Shown in pieces: positions 14,261 to 29,076 of a stretch of DNA of 64,000 nt. The DNA comes from Eledone cirrhosa. Taxonomy: Eukaryota. The stretch covers positions 22,010,001 to 22,074,000 of the forward strand of contig OZ024757.1 of the NCBI GenBank assembly GCA_964016885.1, read 5' to 3'. A program made the position numbers and the translations under genes. Positions within the stretch are counted from its first letter, which is position 1. Each line of letters starts with the position of its first letter. The notes under the pieces are model-generated. The model saw nothing but the letters and a program-made list of their open reading frames with translations, was not told the DNA's origin and made no database searches.

Positions 14261-14484
14261 GTGTATGGGCTGGCTTTTCAATGTATTTGTATTAATCCAT
14301 GTGAGGAGACATGTCGTAATTTCTTATTATTGCACCTTCCTCCCCTCCCCCCTCCCCTTCTCTATCTTACCTCTGCCTGCAACATGATGCATAAGGTGTG
14401 CACAAGGTGTGCACATATATTTTAATGAGTTATTCTGTCCGGTGAGAAAGCACTCTGTCAATAGTTTTGATTGGTGTGTCAGAA

Positions 14485-14527
<43 letters not shown>

Positions 14528-14533
14528 ATATAT

Positions 14534-14587
<54 letters not shown>

Positions 14588-16720
14588 GTTTGTGTGAGTA
14601 TATATATATATATACACACACACACAATATTTTCAGTCCCTGTATGCATGCTTACGCCATTTCAGTGCACATATTAGATACAGGGCAAGGTGCAAGGATT
14701 AAACATGTAATTGCAACCATGTGCAATTTATTTAGTTTTGACAATAATGTGTAAGTTGCATTGAGTCGAGACTGATGCCCAGTAAGATGAGTCAGGTCCC
14801 GTCATGGAGGTTTATTTGATACAAGTTCAGTCGTGCAGCAATAATATTTCTCTCTCTCTCTTATACTGTTGCATTTGTCTTTAGCATCTTACCGCAACCT
14901 GCCCTTCCCTAGCCAGCCAGCCAAACCACCAGCCTTCTGTCCCACACAACCTTCAGCCCAACTCTACATTGGTTTTTCACTTCGGTCACTTCTGACTAAC
15001 AAAGTTCTGAAACACTTTCCAGACGTAATTTCTTACTCGACACTTCCATGCTGGGAATACTAGATTTCTTTCTCTTTCTTTTTAGATATTTTCCATTTAA
15101 AAATTTTTTTTTATCATTTTTACCTATATTTATATATCTATCTGTTTTTGTTTTTAAACTTCCCATTTCACGCCTCTTCTCATAGTTTACAATCCACTGA
15201 ATTCAATAATGTTATAAAAAACAACAAAACTTGTTAGTTACTGTCTTTGCTTATAAACCATAAAGAAAAAATATAAAACTATAAATATATAAACAACTAG
15301 ATAAAACTATAAAGCTCTAAGTTATGATGAGTTTTCACATGAGAAAATTGCTCAAGAGATAAATTATTTTGTTTCTTATTAGTCATTTTGTAAGAATACG
15401 TATAATAAACAGTTTTTTTTAATAATTTTTATAGTTTTATTTTTAGTTATTAAAATTCAAAATAAAAAACAAACAAACTACTGAAACGAACCGCAGTAAG
15501 TTTTGATAAAACAGACAAAATATAAAAAAACAAATTGAATTGAAAAAATATATATATAAATAAAAATTGAAGAAAAAGAGATGAATCCCATTTATAATGG
15601 AATATTTTCGTTAATGGAGAAAAATATTATAACCAATTCTTTGATGGAAGATTTAGTAGACTCTTTAGTGTGTTTTTTTGGGTGAGGAGGAAGGGATTGC
15701 TTTTTTTCTAATTTTCCTTATGGTCGGTCAAATGAAAATGTTATCAGAAAAATAAGATTTAGACAGAAAGACAATAACATGTCTTCCAGCTTCAAAGAGA
15801 TATGAAGGCATAAGAAAATGTAAACTTTAAGAAAATATCTCTGCTTGACTTCAACATTGACTATAGTCAAAGTTAAAATGTTGTTTGTTGTTCTAGCTGA
15901 TTTATATATCCTTAAGATGATAGTATAAATATGAGACACTATATTTGTTAAGAAGTAAGTAGGAAACAATGACACAGGGCTAACAATTCATTTAAACAAC
16001 ATAGGAAATATTAAATCACTCGTTTCTTAGCATTTCAAAAACTGGCAGAGCTCATCTCCCCTCCAGGTCTGAGGAGAGCAGATTTCTTCCAGGGGATAGG
16101 AAGTGAGGGAAAGGAAGTGAGAAAGAGATGTAGAGGAAGAATTGATCTCAGTACTCAACCGGTACATTTTGTTTTATTTATCTTGGATGAATGACAGCCA
16201 AAGTTGACCATCGTGGGATTTGAACTGAAAGAGCAGAGAGTCACACCAAATACCTCAAACCATTCTATCTGACATTCTTAACACTCTGTCAATTTTCCAT
16301 CTTTATATATAAGGGACCTTGGCTATGAAAACATCATTTCTGTCCATTCTCTTGTCATTGGATTGGATTGCTTCAGAAATGAAATCTTATTACATAAGAT
16401 GATGTCTGATGATGTAGTGTGACTGGTTGAGTGATTGAACAATCATGTAGCCATGACCAATATTGAAATATGTATCATTGCTTTATCAATAAAGGATTTT
16501 TAAACATCTACATTGAACTTCACATTTTTCTTATTTCTCTCTCTATATATATATATATATGTGCAGAAGTTATATTTAATTTGTTGGGATTCAACAAGCT
16601 TAAAAGTTTATATATATAGAATAGAAAACGAAAAATCAGTATTCTATCATACTCTGCTCTGTAAGAGCATAGAGTGCTCAACCGGCATACCACCTATGGA
16701 AGCATCTTAGCTACCATCAG

Positions 16721-16768
<48 letters not shown>

Positions 16769-17789
16769 TCTAACCCATGCTAGCGTGGAAAATGGATGTT
16801 AAACGAAGATGATGATGATAACGAAGGAAGAGTGGTAAGGAATCAGATGGACCATAATGCACCAGAGTACTCAATACTTAGGGTAGTAGAGTGGGTAATA
16901 GGAAAAAGTTTGACCCCGATGGCAGAGCTCAAGCCGTTTCGACGGCTATTTCTGGACTCCACAGATGTGCTCCAAACATACACACTCTAATACATACCTA
17001 TGCACACACACACATGCAAAGACACATGCACATATACATACATACAGGTATATACACAGAGTCTCACACCTGCCTACACACACACAGATGCAAAGACATG
17101 TGTATATACATGCACAGAGGAACATATACTTAAACACACAAAGTTACACACCTGCCTGCACACACATACACACATCTACGTACACACATGCACACACTCT
17201 CACACACACACATACACCTACACACACACACAGGAATCATTTGTTATACACAGATACAAGCCAGCAAAACAAATACTCAAAGCTAAATTCTGTTCATAAA
17301 AACCAACATGGAAATCAAAAGGAACCATATATACAAAGAAGTGTGTATATAAAATTCTACACAAAGAAAGGCACACAGAGATATGTATATATAAAATTCT
17401 TCTGAAAAATATATATGGTAAATCGATATATTATTTTTGTTTTCGTATTTTTGTAGTATTTTGTGATGAAAGTATTTTAAGTTTATGTAAAAAGATGTGA
17501 CACATTAGCTGTTTCCCGCTGTTAGTCACTTGAAGTAATTTGCATATAAAATGAGATTTTATGTGAAGAAGATAATCATAAATGTCAGTTGCGTGAATAT
17601 TTGTATTCAAAAGAAAATATCTTTTTATTTTACCAAACTATATACTTTCACACATGGAAAAAACATAAGAGAAGCAAGTGAAAATAGATATACCGACATA
17701 CAGTTATGTAGAATTTGATGATGATGGCAACAATAATGGTATTTTGTCCAACACTAACCATTCTGCCAATACTATAATAATAATGCCAA

Positions 17790-18200
17790 ATATGTGCACT
17801 AGAAGCTCTGCCGATCTCATGACATCCAAACCTCTGACAAATGGTATGAACATCAACCAAAAACAGTCATGGAAAATGGCAACATAATATACATTCTGTT
17901 GGATATGCCTGTGATAACTGACCAAGAAATTGCTGCCAACAGACCAGATATCATCATAAAAAATAAAATAGATACGACTTGTAGCCTGATAGATATTGCT
18001 GTGCCAGCTGACAAGAATACATATGTAAAAACAATGGAAAAAATGTCAAAATACAAAGACCTAGAAATAGAGATCAACCACATGTGGAAGATGACCACAA
18101 ACACTATCCCTGTGGTAAAAGGAGCACTAGGATTAATACCCCAATCATCAGACCAACACCTTGGTGTCCTTCCCTGCAGTATCAGCAAATATGAGTTACA
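17790..18200 (+). mobile_element. R4/Dong-like non-LTR retrotransposon fragment: C-terminal restriction-like endonuclease domain
   Basis: KWYEHQPKTVMEN...ITDQEIAANRPDIIIKNK...LIDIAVPAD...EKMSKYKDLEIEI...IPVVKGALG fits the RPD...D/E..K..KY motif of RLE-type LINEs. Confidence 0.85.
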
Positions 18201-18289
18201 GCCTCAGTGGGATTTGAACTCAGAACATAAAGGGATATAACTAAATGTTGCAAATAATAGCAATACTAAAGTCTAAAGTCTGCCAGTGC

Positions 18290-18535
18290 TTATCCTAGGT
18301 ACTGTGGAGTGAAGCAAATGAGAGTACCTTACTCCCCACCTGGACAGGATGCCAGTCTATTGTAGAGTTAAACCCCAGCTACTGCTGGTACTCATTTTCA
18401 GCTAAGTATACTGCAGCAACATGAAATGAAGGATTTTGTTCAAGAACACAACACACAACCCAGTCCAGGAATCAAACTCATGACATTATGATTGCTAGTC
18501 CAACACCCTTACCACTAGGCCACACTCCTCCACAA
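18290..18535 (-). mobile_element. Old tRNA-derived SINE (A-like head, different body)
   Basis: Minus strand gtggcctagtggtaagggtgttgg...gagtttgattcctgg...ttcttgaacaaaatcc. Confidence 0.65.
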
Positions 18536-19107
18536 CACAATAATAAAGAAAAAATAAACTATTCTAAAGGAGGGATCAAGTTGACAATCAACCTACAGTG
18601 TTAATATTTCAAATATAAAAAGAAGATAAGAAAGAACCCAAAATGATACAAAACAATATTTAAACAACCCTAATTCTTTCTTTTAGCTAGGATTTCTTCT
18701 TTATCATTTTTTTTTTTTTGTTATGGTTTAAAAAAAATTTATTTAAAATTTAATTTCATACAAACAAAACATAAACAAAAAAACCCCTCATACCACTTAT
18801 TCCATAGCAACAACAACAATAGCGGTAATAACAGCAACAACAACAACAGAAAATCCTGCATCCATTTTATCAACAAGTGTTTAAAGCCAGATTAAAAGAT
18901 TAACATTTCAAAAAATAAAGCAATTAGAATATTTTTCTCAATCTTATATAATAATTATTGATTATTTCCAGATGTTGGCTGTGTTGGTAAAACAGACAAA
19001 ATAACTTGTGCTATTTACTTCAGATAGTCTACATTCTGAGTTCAAATCCCACTGTGGTCAACTTTGCTTTTTATCCTTCTGGGATTGATAAAATAAAGTA
19101 CCACTTA

Positions 19108-19301
19108 ATAATTGTTTCTGCTTTTGGCACAAGGAGGCCAGCAATTATCCCAGTGCATTACTGGTACTTTATTTTATCGACCCCGTAAGGATAAAAGGCA
19201 AAGTTAACCTCGGCGGGATTTGAACTCAGGACGTAAAGGGCCGTAACTCTGTACTGCAAAGCATGGCGTCTGACCGTCCACCAATACTGCCAATCCACTA
19301 C
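19108..19301 (-). mobile_element. SINE family B, beside an older plus-strand copy (about 18980-19102)
   Basis: Full consensus match; the neighbour is inverted. Confidence 0.85.
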
Positions 19302-19816
19302 CTTTAATACTACCTAAGAATAGTGCTGTATATGAAAGTATATACAGTATATTTATGTATAATAAACAAACAAAGTCCTGTGGGCCTTGAGCCAAAATTA
19401 TAAATCATTATTGTGATGGAATTAGTAACACAACTAAACAAAAGATCCTTGCATAAAATTTGGAATATAATTCAAGGAAGATGACAATTGATGCTATCTC
19501 TTTTCCCTCTCTTTTTGTTCCCTTTTTCTCTCCTTTTCCTCCTGGCCTTTTGATTAATAAAAGACCTTGGGCGCACCCAATCGCTATAGATGTCCTGTAA
19601 TTCAGCGGCGCAACATCTAGATCGTGGATTTTACAGCGATGAAATACCAATGATGGTTGGAAAATCACTGACGAAGGACTATTTTTATCATATGTAACCC
19701 ATGTGCAAAACCACGCAGTATTCTTCTTTCTTCTCATGTTTTATATATATATATATATATGGAATACTGTTAGCTTCTCGCTAAAACAATTATTTCTATA
19801 CCTTTCATTTATATAT

Positions 19817-20143
19817 ATCATCATTTCATTTTACGTCCCTTTTACCCTGCTTGCAAGGGTGGGACGGGAACTGATTCTGGCTTGATTTCTACAGCTGGAT
19901 GCCCTTCCTAACACCAACCTCATTTACAGTGAGTGCTGGGTGCTTTTTTGCCGTGGCACCTCCACGACCACTTTGCAGTGGAATGATATGAACCCCAGTC
20001 CCTATCATCTCATTTCTACAGCTGAGTAAACTGGAGCAATGTGAAATAAAGTGTCTTGCTCAAGGAAACAACACATCACCCGGTCTGAGAATTGAACTCA
20101 TAACCTTTCGATTGCAAGGCCAATGCTCTAACCACTAAGCCAT
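19817..20143 (-). mobile_element. SINE family A, full length
   Basis: tRNA-like head with A box TGGCTTAGTGG and B box GAGTTCAATTC, body, RTE-like tail and (GAT)n. Confidence 0.92.
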
Positions 20144-20776
20144 ATATATATATATTTATTTACTCACTCCAATCAAGGCAATAAAGCCACTAAAGTTAAA
20201 AGGGGTTACTGACAACGGAAAATGACAAGAGAAAAAAACATAATTCAAGGAGAGAGGAGATGACAGTTCATGTTGCTTTTGAATGTGTGCTAATTGCAGT
20301 GGAAAGCAGGAAGGTGGGAGAGAGCGCCATAGGTGAGATGTGTGAGGGAAGAAACTATCAGAATAGAATTTGTGATAATATTTCGGAATTTCAAATGAAA
20401 ATGGATGAGATCAAGCACTGGGATAAACACTGGCCCGAGGATCCCCTGGGCTTATCCTGGTGTTTGTGGCATTAAATGACTGTGAGTACAATACCTGTCA
20501 CACTGGACAGGACACCCTCAGCTGTAGCTAGTACTCATTTGAAATGAAGTGTTTTGCAAGATTTCTTATCTGAAAACGTATTTTGTAAAATTTTTTGTTA
20601 TATTTTGAGAGGGTCATGCTGCCAATAAAAAACACATGCAATAGATTTGTGGTTGGTTGGTTCAGTAACTGGAAGGTTGTGTATATATTCTCCAAGGACT
20701 TTCGTCACACATTCTGTGACCTTCTCAGTGATGTTTTGTTATTTTGTCTTACACCGAAATGGTGTAGGACAAAACA

Positions 20777-21321
<545 letters not shown>

Positions 21322-21609
21322 TATATATGTGTGTGTGTGTGTGTGTTATCCATTGACCTATTTCACACCTTTTATAAAATATGTTGTCCTTCAAGGACCT
21401 TTTAGCTAATACATTAATGCAGATTCTGTGTGTGTATGAGTCCCTATGTACATGTATGTGTATTTGTGAGCCCATGTGTGTGTGTGTGTGTGTGTGTGTA
21501 CATATGTGTTGGCCGTCTTTCCTTCTATTATGTGGTGACATCCAAACAAAACTCTATCTTTGCTGGCATAGCAAAGACTGCAGTTAACTACACACTGCAT
21601 CATAGTGTC

Positions 21610-22853
21610 AACCATCAACACTACCACTACAACCACTACCCCACCATCATCACCACTACAATCTCCACCACCACCACCATCAACACTACCACTACAACCA
21701 CTACCCCACCACCATCATCACCACTACAATCTCCACCACCACCACCATCAACACTACCACTACAACCACTACCCCACCATCACTACAATCTACACCACCA
21801 CCACTACAAACTACACCACCACCACCACTACAAACTACCACTACAACCACTACCCTACCACTATAATCTACACCACCACCACCATCAACACAACCACTAC
21901 CCCACCACCATCATCACTACTACAATCTACACCACCACCACTACAAACTACACAACCACCACCATCAACACTACCACTACAACCACTACCCCACCACCAT
22001 CATCACTACAATCTACACCACCACCACCACTACAAACTACAAACTACACCACCACCACCACTACAAACTACCACTACAACCACTACCCTACCACTATAAT
22101 CTACACCACCACCACCATCAACACAACCACTACCCCACCACCATCATCACTACTACAATCTACACCACCACCACTACAAACTACACAACCACCACCATCA
22201 ACACTACCACTACAACCACTACCCCACCACCATCATCACTACAATCTACACCACCACCACCACTACAAACTACAAACTACACCACCACCACCACTACAAA
22301 CTACCACTACAACCACTACCCTACCACTATAATCTACACCACCACCACCATCAACACAACCACTACCCCACCACCATCATCACTACTACAATCTACACCA
22401 CCACCACTACAAACTACACAACCACCACCATCAACACTACCACTACAACCACTACCCCACCACCATCATCACTACAATCTACACCACCACCACCACTACA
22501 AACTACAAACTACACCACCACCACCACTACAAACTACCACTACATCCACCACCCCACCACTATAATCTACACCACCACCGCCATCAACACAACCACTACC
22601 CCACCACCATCATCACTACTACAATCTACACCACCACCACTACAAACTACACAACCACCACCATCAACACTACCACTACAACCACTACCCCACCACCATC
22701 ATCACTACAATCTACACCACCACCACCACCACTACAAACTACAAACTACACCACCACCACCACTACAAACTACCACTACATCCACCACCCCACCACTATA
22801 ATCTACACCACCACCGCCATCAACACAACCACTACCCCACCACCACCACCACT
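21610..22853. repeat. (CAC/CTA)-rich array with a ~233-bp higher-order unit
   Basis: Landmark ctataatct at 21861, 22094, 22327, 22560 and 22796. Confidence 0.85.
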
Positions 22854-23243
22854 CTCCAATGATGGGCTGCTGCTGCTGACAATACCACCAGCGTTCAGCC
22901 TGACTGCAATTGTCAGAAGTTCAATAAGATGAACATTTACTCCTGTCTTATTTAAAGAAAAGACAAGAAAAACCATTTATTTTTCACAGTAAAATATTGA
23001 GACAAACTGGATTGAGTGTGACTTTCACAAAAGATTCAATAAAGTAGCTATTTTCTATATAATCCCCATATGATAGTTTACATATTTATTCTACGTCTTT
23101 CTATAGAAAACATCACAAATGATGTGATATTGATGTAAAAATTGTCTCTCTCATGATTAATTAAATGACACGGAGAAGCTATTGTTCATATCTCTTGCTT
23201 TTACTTCTAGTAAACCAGTATAAATTGCATTTCATTTTATGTT

Positions 23244-23722
23244 AAAGTTCATAAGCTCACTATGAAGGAGTGATGTTAAAGCAGTGAAATCTTGCATGCA
23301 TTAATTTCAACTCTTCTTATTAATTACAGCATTTTTTATTCCAGGGTCTATGTTGAAAAATAAACCTCATTTAGTCATTCCATGAGAGCATCTTGGTCAT
23401 AAGCTGACTATGAAGGAGTGATGCTAGAGCTGAGAAATCTTGCATGCATTAATTTCAACTCTTCTTATTAATTACTGCATTTTTTATTCCAGGGTCTATG
23501 TTGAAAAATAAACCTCATTTAGTCATTCCATGAAAGTATCTTGGTCATAAGCTGACTATGAAGGAGTGATGCTAGAGCTGAGAAATTGTGCATGCATTAA
23601 TTTCAAATCTTATTAATAACTGCATTGTTTTATTCCAGGGACTATGTTGAAAAATAAACCTCATCTGGTCATTCCATGAGAGTATCTTAATCAGCCTATG
23701 AACCTTTCAGCCAACCCTTCTA
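23244..23722 (+). mobile_element. Mariner-type MITE with tandemly triplicated 148-bp body
   Basis: gctgactatgaaggagtgatg unit at 23255, 23403 and 23551; right TIR at about 23690-23720. Confidence 0.85.
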
Positions 23723-23781
23723 CTAAAAGTGTAATTTATATTGTTTTGATAAATGGTTGATGGCAGGTAGCTTTAAGATGA

Positions 23782-23970
23782 TAATTGTTTCTACTTTTGG
23801 CACAAGGCCAGTAATTACCCAGTGCGTTACTGGTACTTTATTTTATCGACCCCGTAAGGATGAAAGGCAAAGTTTACCTCGGTGGGATTTGAACTCAGAC
23901 GATAAAGGACTGTAACTCTATGCTGCAAAGCATGGTGTCCAACTCTCTACCGATACTGCCAATCCACCAC
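23782..23970 (-). mobile_element. SINE family B with 7-bp TSD (tgataat)
   Basis: Consensus match; TSD at 23779-23785 and 23971-23977. Confidence 0.9.
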
Positions 23971-25704
23971 TGATAATAATTTATTGTATGAGATATGACA
24001 GTCAGCTAAGCTAGAAACTCTAGGATTGGCAGCTGGAAAGTTCTTCTCCAAAGTACAGGCTTAGGCAAGTATCTTAAGTATTTTGCTAAAAACAACCAGC
24101 TGTTTTGTCCATGCATACAAGTCTTCCTTACCATACCACTTATATTTGTCATCATTTTGTCACCAATTTTACATCCACTTTTCCATGCTGTCATGGGTTG
24201 ATCAGGATGTTTTTGAGACAATGTTTCACAGCTGGGTGCCCTTCCTCGATTCCATCTTATGATTTGCAGGAATGTGGTGTTTCTAATCTAAAAACTGGGA
24301 TACACACACCATAGCATTGTCCCAAGAGAAAATCAAAAACCCATATAACATAGCACCAGCAATATCCCAAGTGAACTCAATATATAAATGACCCCTAAAA
24401 AATACCACATCTATGGCTTTAACAATTCTCTCAATCCACAGCTCTGGGCTGGTAGTTTATTGATATATTGATCGGGAAAGGCTGAAAGGTAAAGTTGAGC
24501 AGCCGATCCATTCCAGATGTAAATAAACCCAGGTAAAGCTGGAGACAGCTGCTAGTAAAGCTATAAAACTGGCTACAAACTATCAAATTTTCTCAATGTG
24601 TGGACATTAAGTATTCATACCACACTCACATATATCCCAGGGAAAATATAACTGACAAAGTCCTCAGGAATGTCTCCAGCAAACCACTTCTGGTTTGTCA
24701 TAAAAGAAAAAAAACAGTTACCTTTGTCTCACCCAGAACTAAACTCCTTGTGTTTCCCATTAATTTAAAACATCCAAATCACTTCCTTTTACTTCTTCTA
24801 ACAAGGATAAAGGGAGTTTTTTTTCTTCAATATACTATAAGTAAGTCAATCTCTGTTGTTTTGATGAATGGCAGGTAGCTTTAAGATGATAATCATTTGT
24901 TGTATGAGATATGACAGTCAGCTAAGCTAGAATCTCTTTCTCCAAAGTACAGGCTTAGGCAAGTATTTTAGCTAAACCACCAGCAGTCGGCCATGCATAC
25001 AAGTCTTCCCTCTCTATGCCACTCATACTTTTCATTGTTTTAATGTCCACTTTTCCATGCTGGTGTGGATGTAAATGGAGACAGCTGCTAGTAAAGCTAT
25101 AAACCTGGACATGAACAATCATACTTTCTCTCAACGTGCAGATAATAAGTATTCACAATACATTGACATATGCCCCAAAGAAAATATAACTGACAAAGTC
25201 CTCAGGAATGCCTCCATCAAACACCTTTTGGTTTGTCATATGAAATAGTGAAAAAAGAAGAAAAGAATGACCTTTATCTCACCCAGAACTAAACTCCTTG
25301 TGTTTTCCATTGACTGAAAACACACAATAGCCATTGATCTAAATACAATCTGTTCCCTGATTTCAAGCAGCCATGATGGATCATTATTTAGAAGATAACA
25401 ATGCAACAAAAAAAAAAAAAAGAGATAGAGATTATTATATTGGCAGCTATATAAATTATAGTGACAGGACAAATTCTTCTTTGGAGAAATCTGCTGATAC
25501 ATTCACAAAGTTTATATATGTGTTTTTTCTCTCTATTCATCAGGTTTCATGAATATTCAATACTAAATGAAAGATCTGATTCAGTTAAATTAATCCATCA
25601 CCTTATTAATTCTTCAGACATGTACCACATATATTTATTTTAAAAATGAAGCTTCTGGTAGTCATTCTTTACCAAACAAATATATTATGAAAAGACCAGA
25701 ATCT

Positions 25705-26235
25705 CCACAATCCTCACCACCATCACCACCACTACAAACTACACCACCACCACCACCACCATCCCTACAACCACCACCACGACCACCACTACAACCATCA
25801 CCACTACAACCACTACCCCCACCACTACTACCACCACTACCACTACAACCATTACCCCCACCACCACTACCACGACAACCACTACCCCCACCACCACTAC
25901 CACTACAACCACTACCCCCACCACCACTACCACCATCACCTCTACCACTACTCCCACCACCACTACCACCATCAACACTACTACTACAACCACTACCCCC
26001 ACCACCACTACCCCCACCACCACTACCACTACAACCACTACCCCCACCACCACTACCACCATCACCACTACCACTACTCCCACCACCACTACCACCATCA
26101 ACACTACTACTACAACCACTACCCCCACCACCACTACCCCCACCACCACTACCACTACAACCACTACCCCCACCACCACTACCACCATCACCACTACCAC
26201 TACTCCCACCACCACTACCCCCACCACCACTACCA
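25705..26235. repeat. (CCA/CTA)n trinucleotide array
   Basis: Direct reading. Confidence 0.9.
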
Positions 26236-26236
26236 G

Positions 26237-26850
26237 CTGTAGCATGAAAGCTGTAGCATGAGACAGCGGCCACACCCCAGTAAACCGCCTTGGCTGGCGG
26301 GCTGAACCAGGTTGAGGGTAGCCGGATGGGTCTGAAACCCCCCTGTGAGTTAGATAGGGGGTGCCTGCCCCTGCATGCGAAGACTGGACCCGGCGGAGTG
26401 AGTGGAGGAGGACAACATCGTCCCAACGGTCACAAAGGCGGGGACAGCAAGCGGTGTGGAGCCCTAGGGCACGGCAAGGCACTGCAGACATCGTGGCCAT
26501 CCACTGCAGCCAAGGAAGTCCCTGGTCGTGACGGTCCTCCGTACCACCGGATTCTGGCTTCTACGGCCGAGTGAGTGGGACCGTCACTGTGCACTGCCCC
26601 CCCCCCCCCCCACTATAAACCTTTCCCGCACAGGTTTCTTCTTTAGCGTGCACTCCCAAAGCCCTGCGGTGATGGGCGAGAGGTGGAGGTAACCTCTGGG
26701 AGTTGCCAGTCTGACTCCGGTCTCTTCCCCTGCCCCAACTGTCCCCGGACCTGCAAGTCAAGGATCGGCCCCCACAGCCACCTTCGTGCCCACGGCAGGC
26801 GGGAACAACAATAAAGGAGATGTCATCATCATATACGATGGACAACCAAG
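26237..26850 (+). mobile_element. GC/CpG-rich LTR-like insertion (unclassified)
   Basis: Abrupt GC-rich block starting TGTAGCATG (duplicated), TATAAA near 26614, AATAAA near 26810; 3' boundary unclear. Confidence 0.35.
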
Positions 26851-26898
26851 AAGATATTATGAAAGAAATTTGCTTGCAAATATATATGTATATATGTA

Positions 26899-27180
26899 TA
26901 TCATCATCATCATCATTTTACGACTACTTTTCCCTACTTACAAGGGTGGGACAAGAACTGATTCTGGCAGGTTTTCTATGGCTGGATGCCCTTCCTAACA
27001 CCAACCACATTACAGCGTGGACTGTGTGTTTTTTTTGTCGTGACACCTACACGATCTCGATATCTCATTTATTTGGACTGGATGTTGTGGTACCAACTTT
27101 ACAGAGAGAGGGTGGTGTTGGTGGGAGTGGGAGGATAGGGTGGGGGTAGTGGATTGGGGTGTATATTTGGTTGAGAGGTG
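26899..27180 (-). mobile_element. SINE A-tailed element with alternative upstream body
   Basis: SINE A 3' half joined to gtgacacctacacgatctc...ggattgggg, which recurs at 42054-42432. Confidence 0.7.
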
Positions 27181-27364
27181 CCTACTGACTGTAGGTTTCG
27201 CTTTGTACATAGCCAGTGCGGGTCTTCTGTATTACTGCGTAGCGCCAAAGACCTCGGTCCAGTGACATTGTCTTAGAGAGGTGCAAGTGATATATATAGA
27301 TAGGTAGATAGAAAAATAGACATACACACAGACAAAGATATATATATATATAGAGAGAGAGAGA

Positions 27365-27452
<88 letters not shown>

Positions 27453-28129
27453 GATAGACATATAGACTGATAAATAGATAGAAAGATAGGTATACATACA
27501 GACAGACAGTATGAATAAAATGTAAAAAACAAAATGTCCAGAATATTCAATGAAGCAATAAGTAAATGTTGAAATGATGAAAGATTTATGGCCATTATAT
27601 TAATTATATTGACTTTATAAAATATACATTATAATAACAATTGAAATAATGTTTCTTTTTACATATAATACTACATATAAATACTTTATATATAATACTA
27701 TATATAAATACATTTTATATATAATACTATATGTAAGTACTTTATATATAAGTACTATATATTAGTACTTTATATATAATTGTTTCTACTTTAGGCACAA
27801 GGCCAGCAATTACCCAGTACATTACTGGTACTTTATTTTATCGACCCCGTAAGGATGAAAGGCAAAGTTAACCTCGGCGATAATACTATATATAAATACT
27901 TTTAAGTACTTTTTATATGTAATACTATATATAAGTACTTTTTATATAAAATACAATATATAAGTACTTTTTGTAAGTACTTTTCATATATAATACTACA
28001 GATAACTTTAAAAGTCTGTTATTGCTCCAATTAGTCCACAAAAACAGTTAGTAAACCCCCTAAACCGAACACCAAACGTCAAGTCCCCGCAAAGCACATG
28101 GAACACCAAACTGTAGTCATACTCCTACC

Positions 28130-28720
28130 AAGCCTACTCATCTGTGTAGAAGAATTTACTTATCTGGGTAGTAAAGTCGCTAGCTGTGAAAGCAAAACAA
28201 TGTTAACAGATACATTGGTAAGGCCTAGGGTACCATTGAGAAGTTGTCTCTAGTGTGGAAATCTAGACTTCCAGACATTATGAGAAAGAGCCTGTTACCT
28301 CTGTCTATTGTATGGCTACTCAGCATGGACCCTTATCTGAAAACTGGAGAGAATATTAGATAGAGTCTACACTCACTTGTTAAGAGTGGCTTTGAATGTC
28401 ACTTGGAAAGTTGGTCTGACCAATGAGAGACTTCATGGGAACCTTTGTCGTGTGTCAGACATCATCAAAGAGTGTAAAGTCAGATTTGTAGGGCATTGCT
28501 GGGGATCTAAATATGAAATTATTAGTGAAGTTGTTTAGTGGGGGCCTACACAAGGAAGAACTATCAGAGGATGACAAGCCAAGACTTATATTAAGCTGAT
28601 TTGTGATGTCATAAACTACAATCTCTCTGACCTGCTGAATATGATGAACAATAGAATTGGACGATGACAGAATCAAGGGAATCCATACAAGCAGTGTGAC
28701 CTAGTGGATGATTGATTAAT
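28130..28720 (+). mobile_element. Decayed RTE-like LINE 3' portion
   Basis: VEEFTYLGS, LYGYSAWTL, LDRVYTHLLRVALNVTWK, RFVGHC and GRTIRG motifs with stops and frameshifts. Confidence 0.8.
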
Positions 28721-28740
28721 ATATAATTTTATACATAACG

Positions 28741-29076
28741 GAGGCATATGGCTTAGTGGTTAGAGCATTGGCCTTGCAATCGAAAGGTTGTGAGTTCAAT
28801 TCTCAGACCGGGTGATGTGTTGTTTCCTTGAGCAAGACACTTTATTTCACATTGCTCCAGTTTACTCAGCTGTAGAAATGAGATCATATGGACTGGGGTC
28901 CCTATCATTCCACTGCAAAGTGGTCGTGGAGGTGCCATGGCAAAAAAGCACCCAGCACTCACTGTAAATGAGGTTGGTGTTAGGAAGGGCATCCAGCTGT
29001 AGAAATCAAGCCAGAATCATTTCCCGTCCCACCCTTGCAAGCAGGGAAAAGCGGACGTAAAATGAAATGATGATGA
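28741..29076 (+). mobile_element. SINE family A, full length
   Basis: Consensus match. Confidence 0.92.

Noticed and set aside
14885-15063. Plus-strand terminal exon after ttgtctttag
   Set aside because: Several frames are plausible, no protein is recognised, and the strand conflicts with the other candidates
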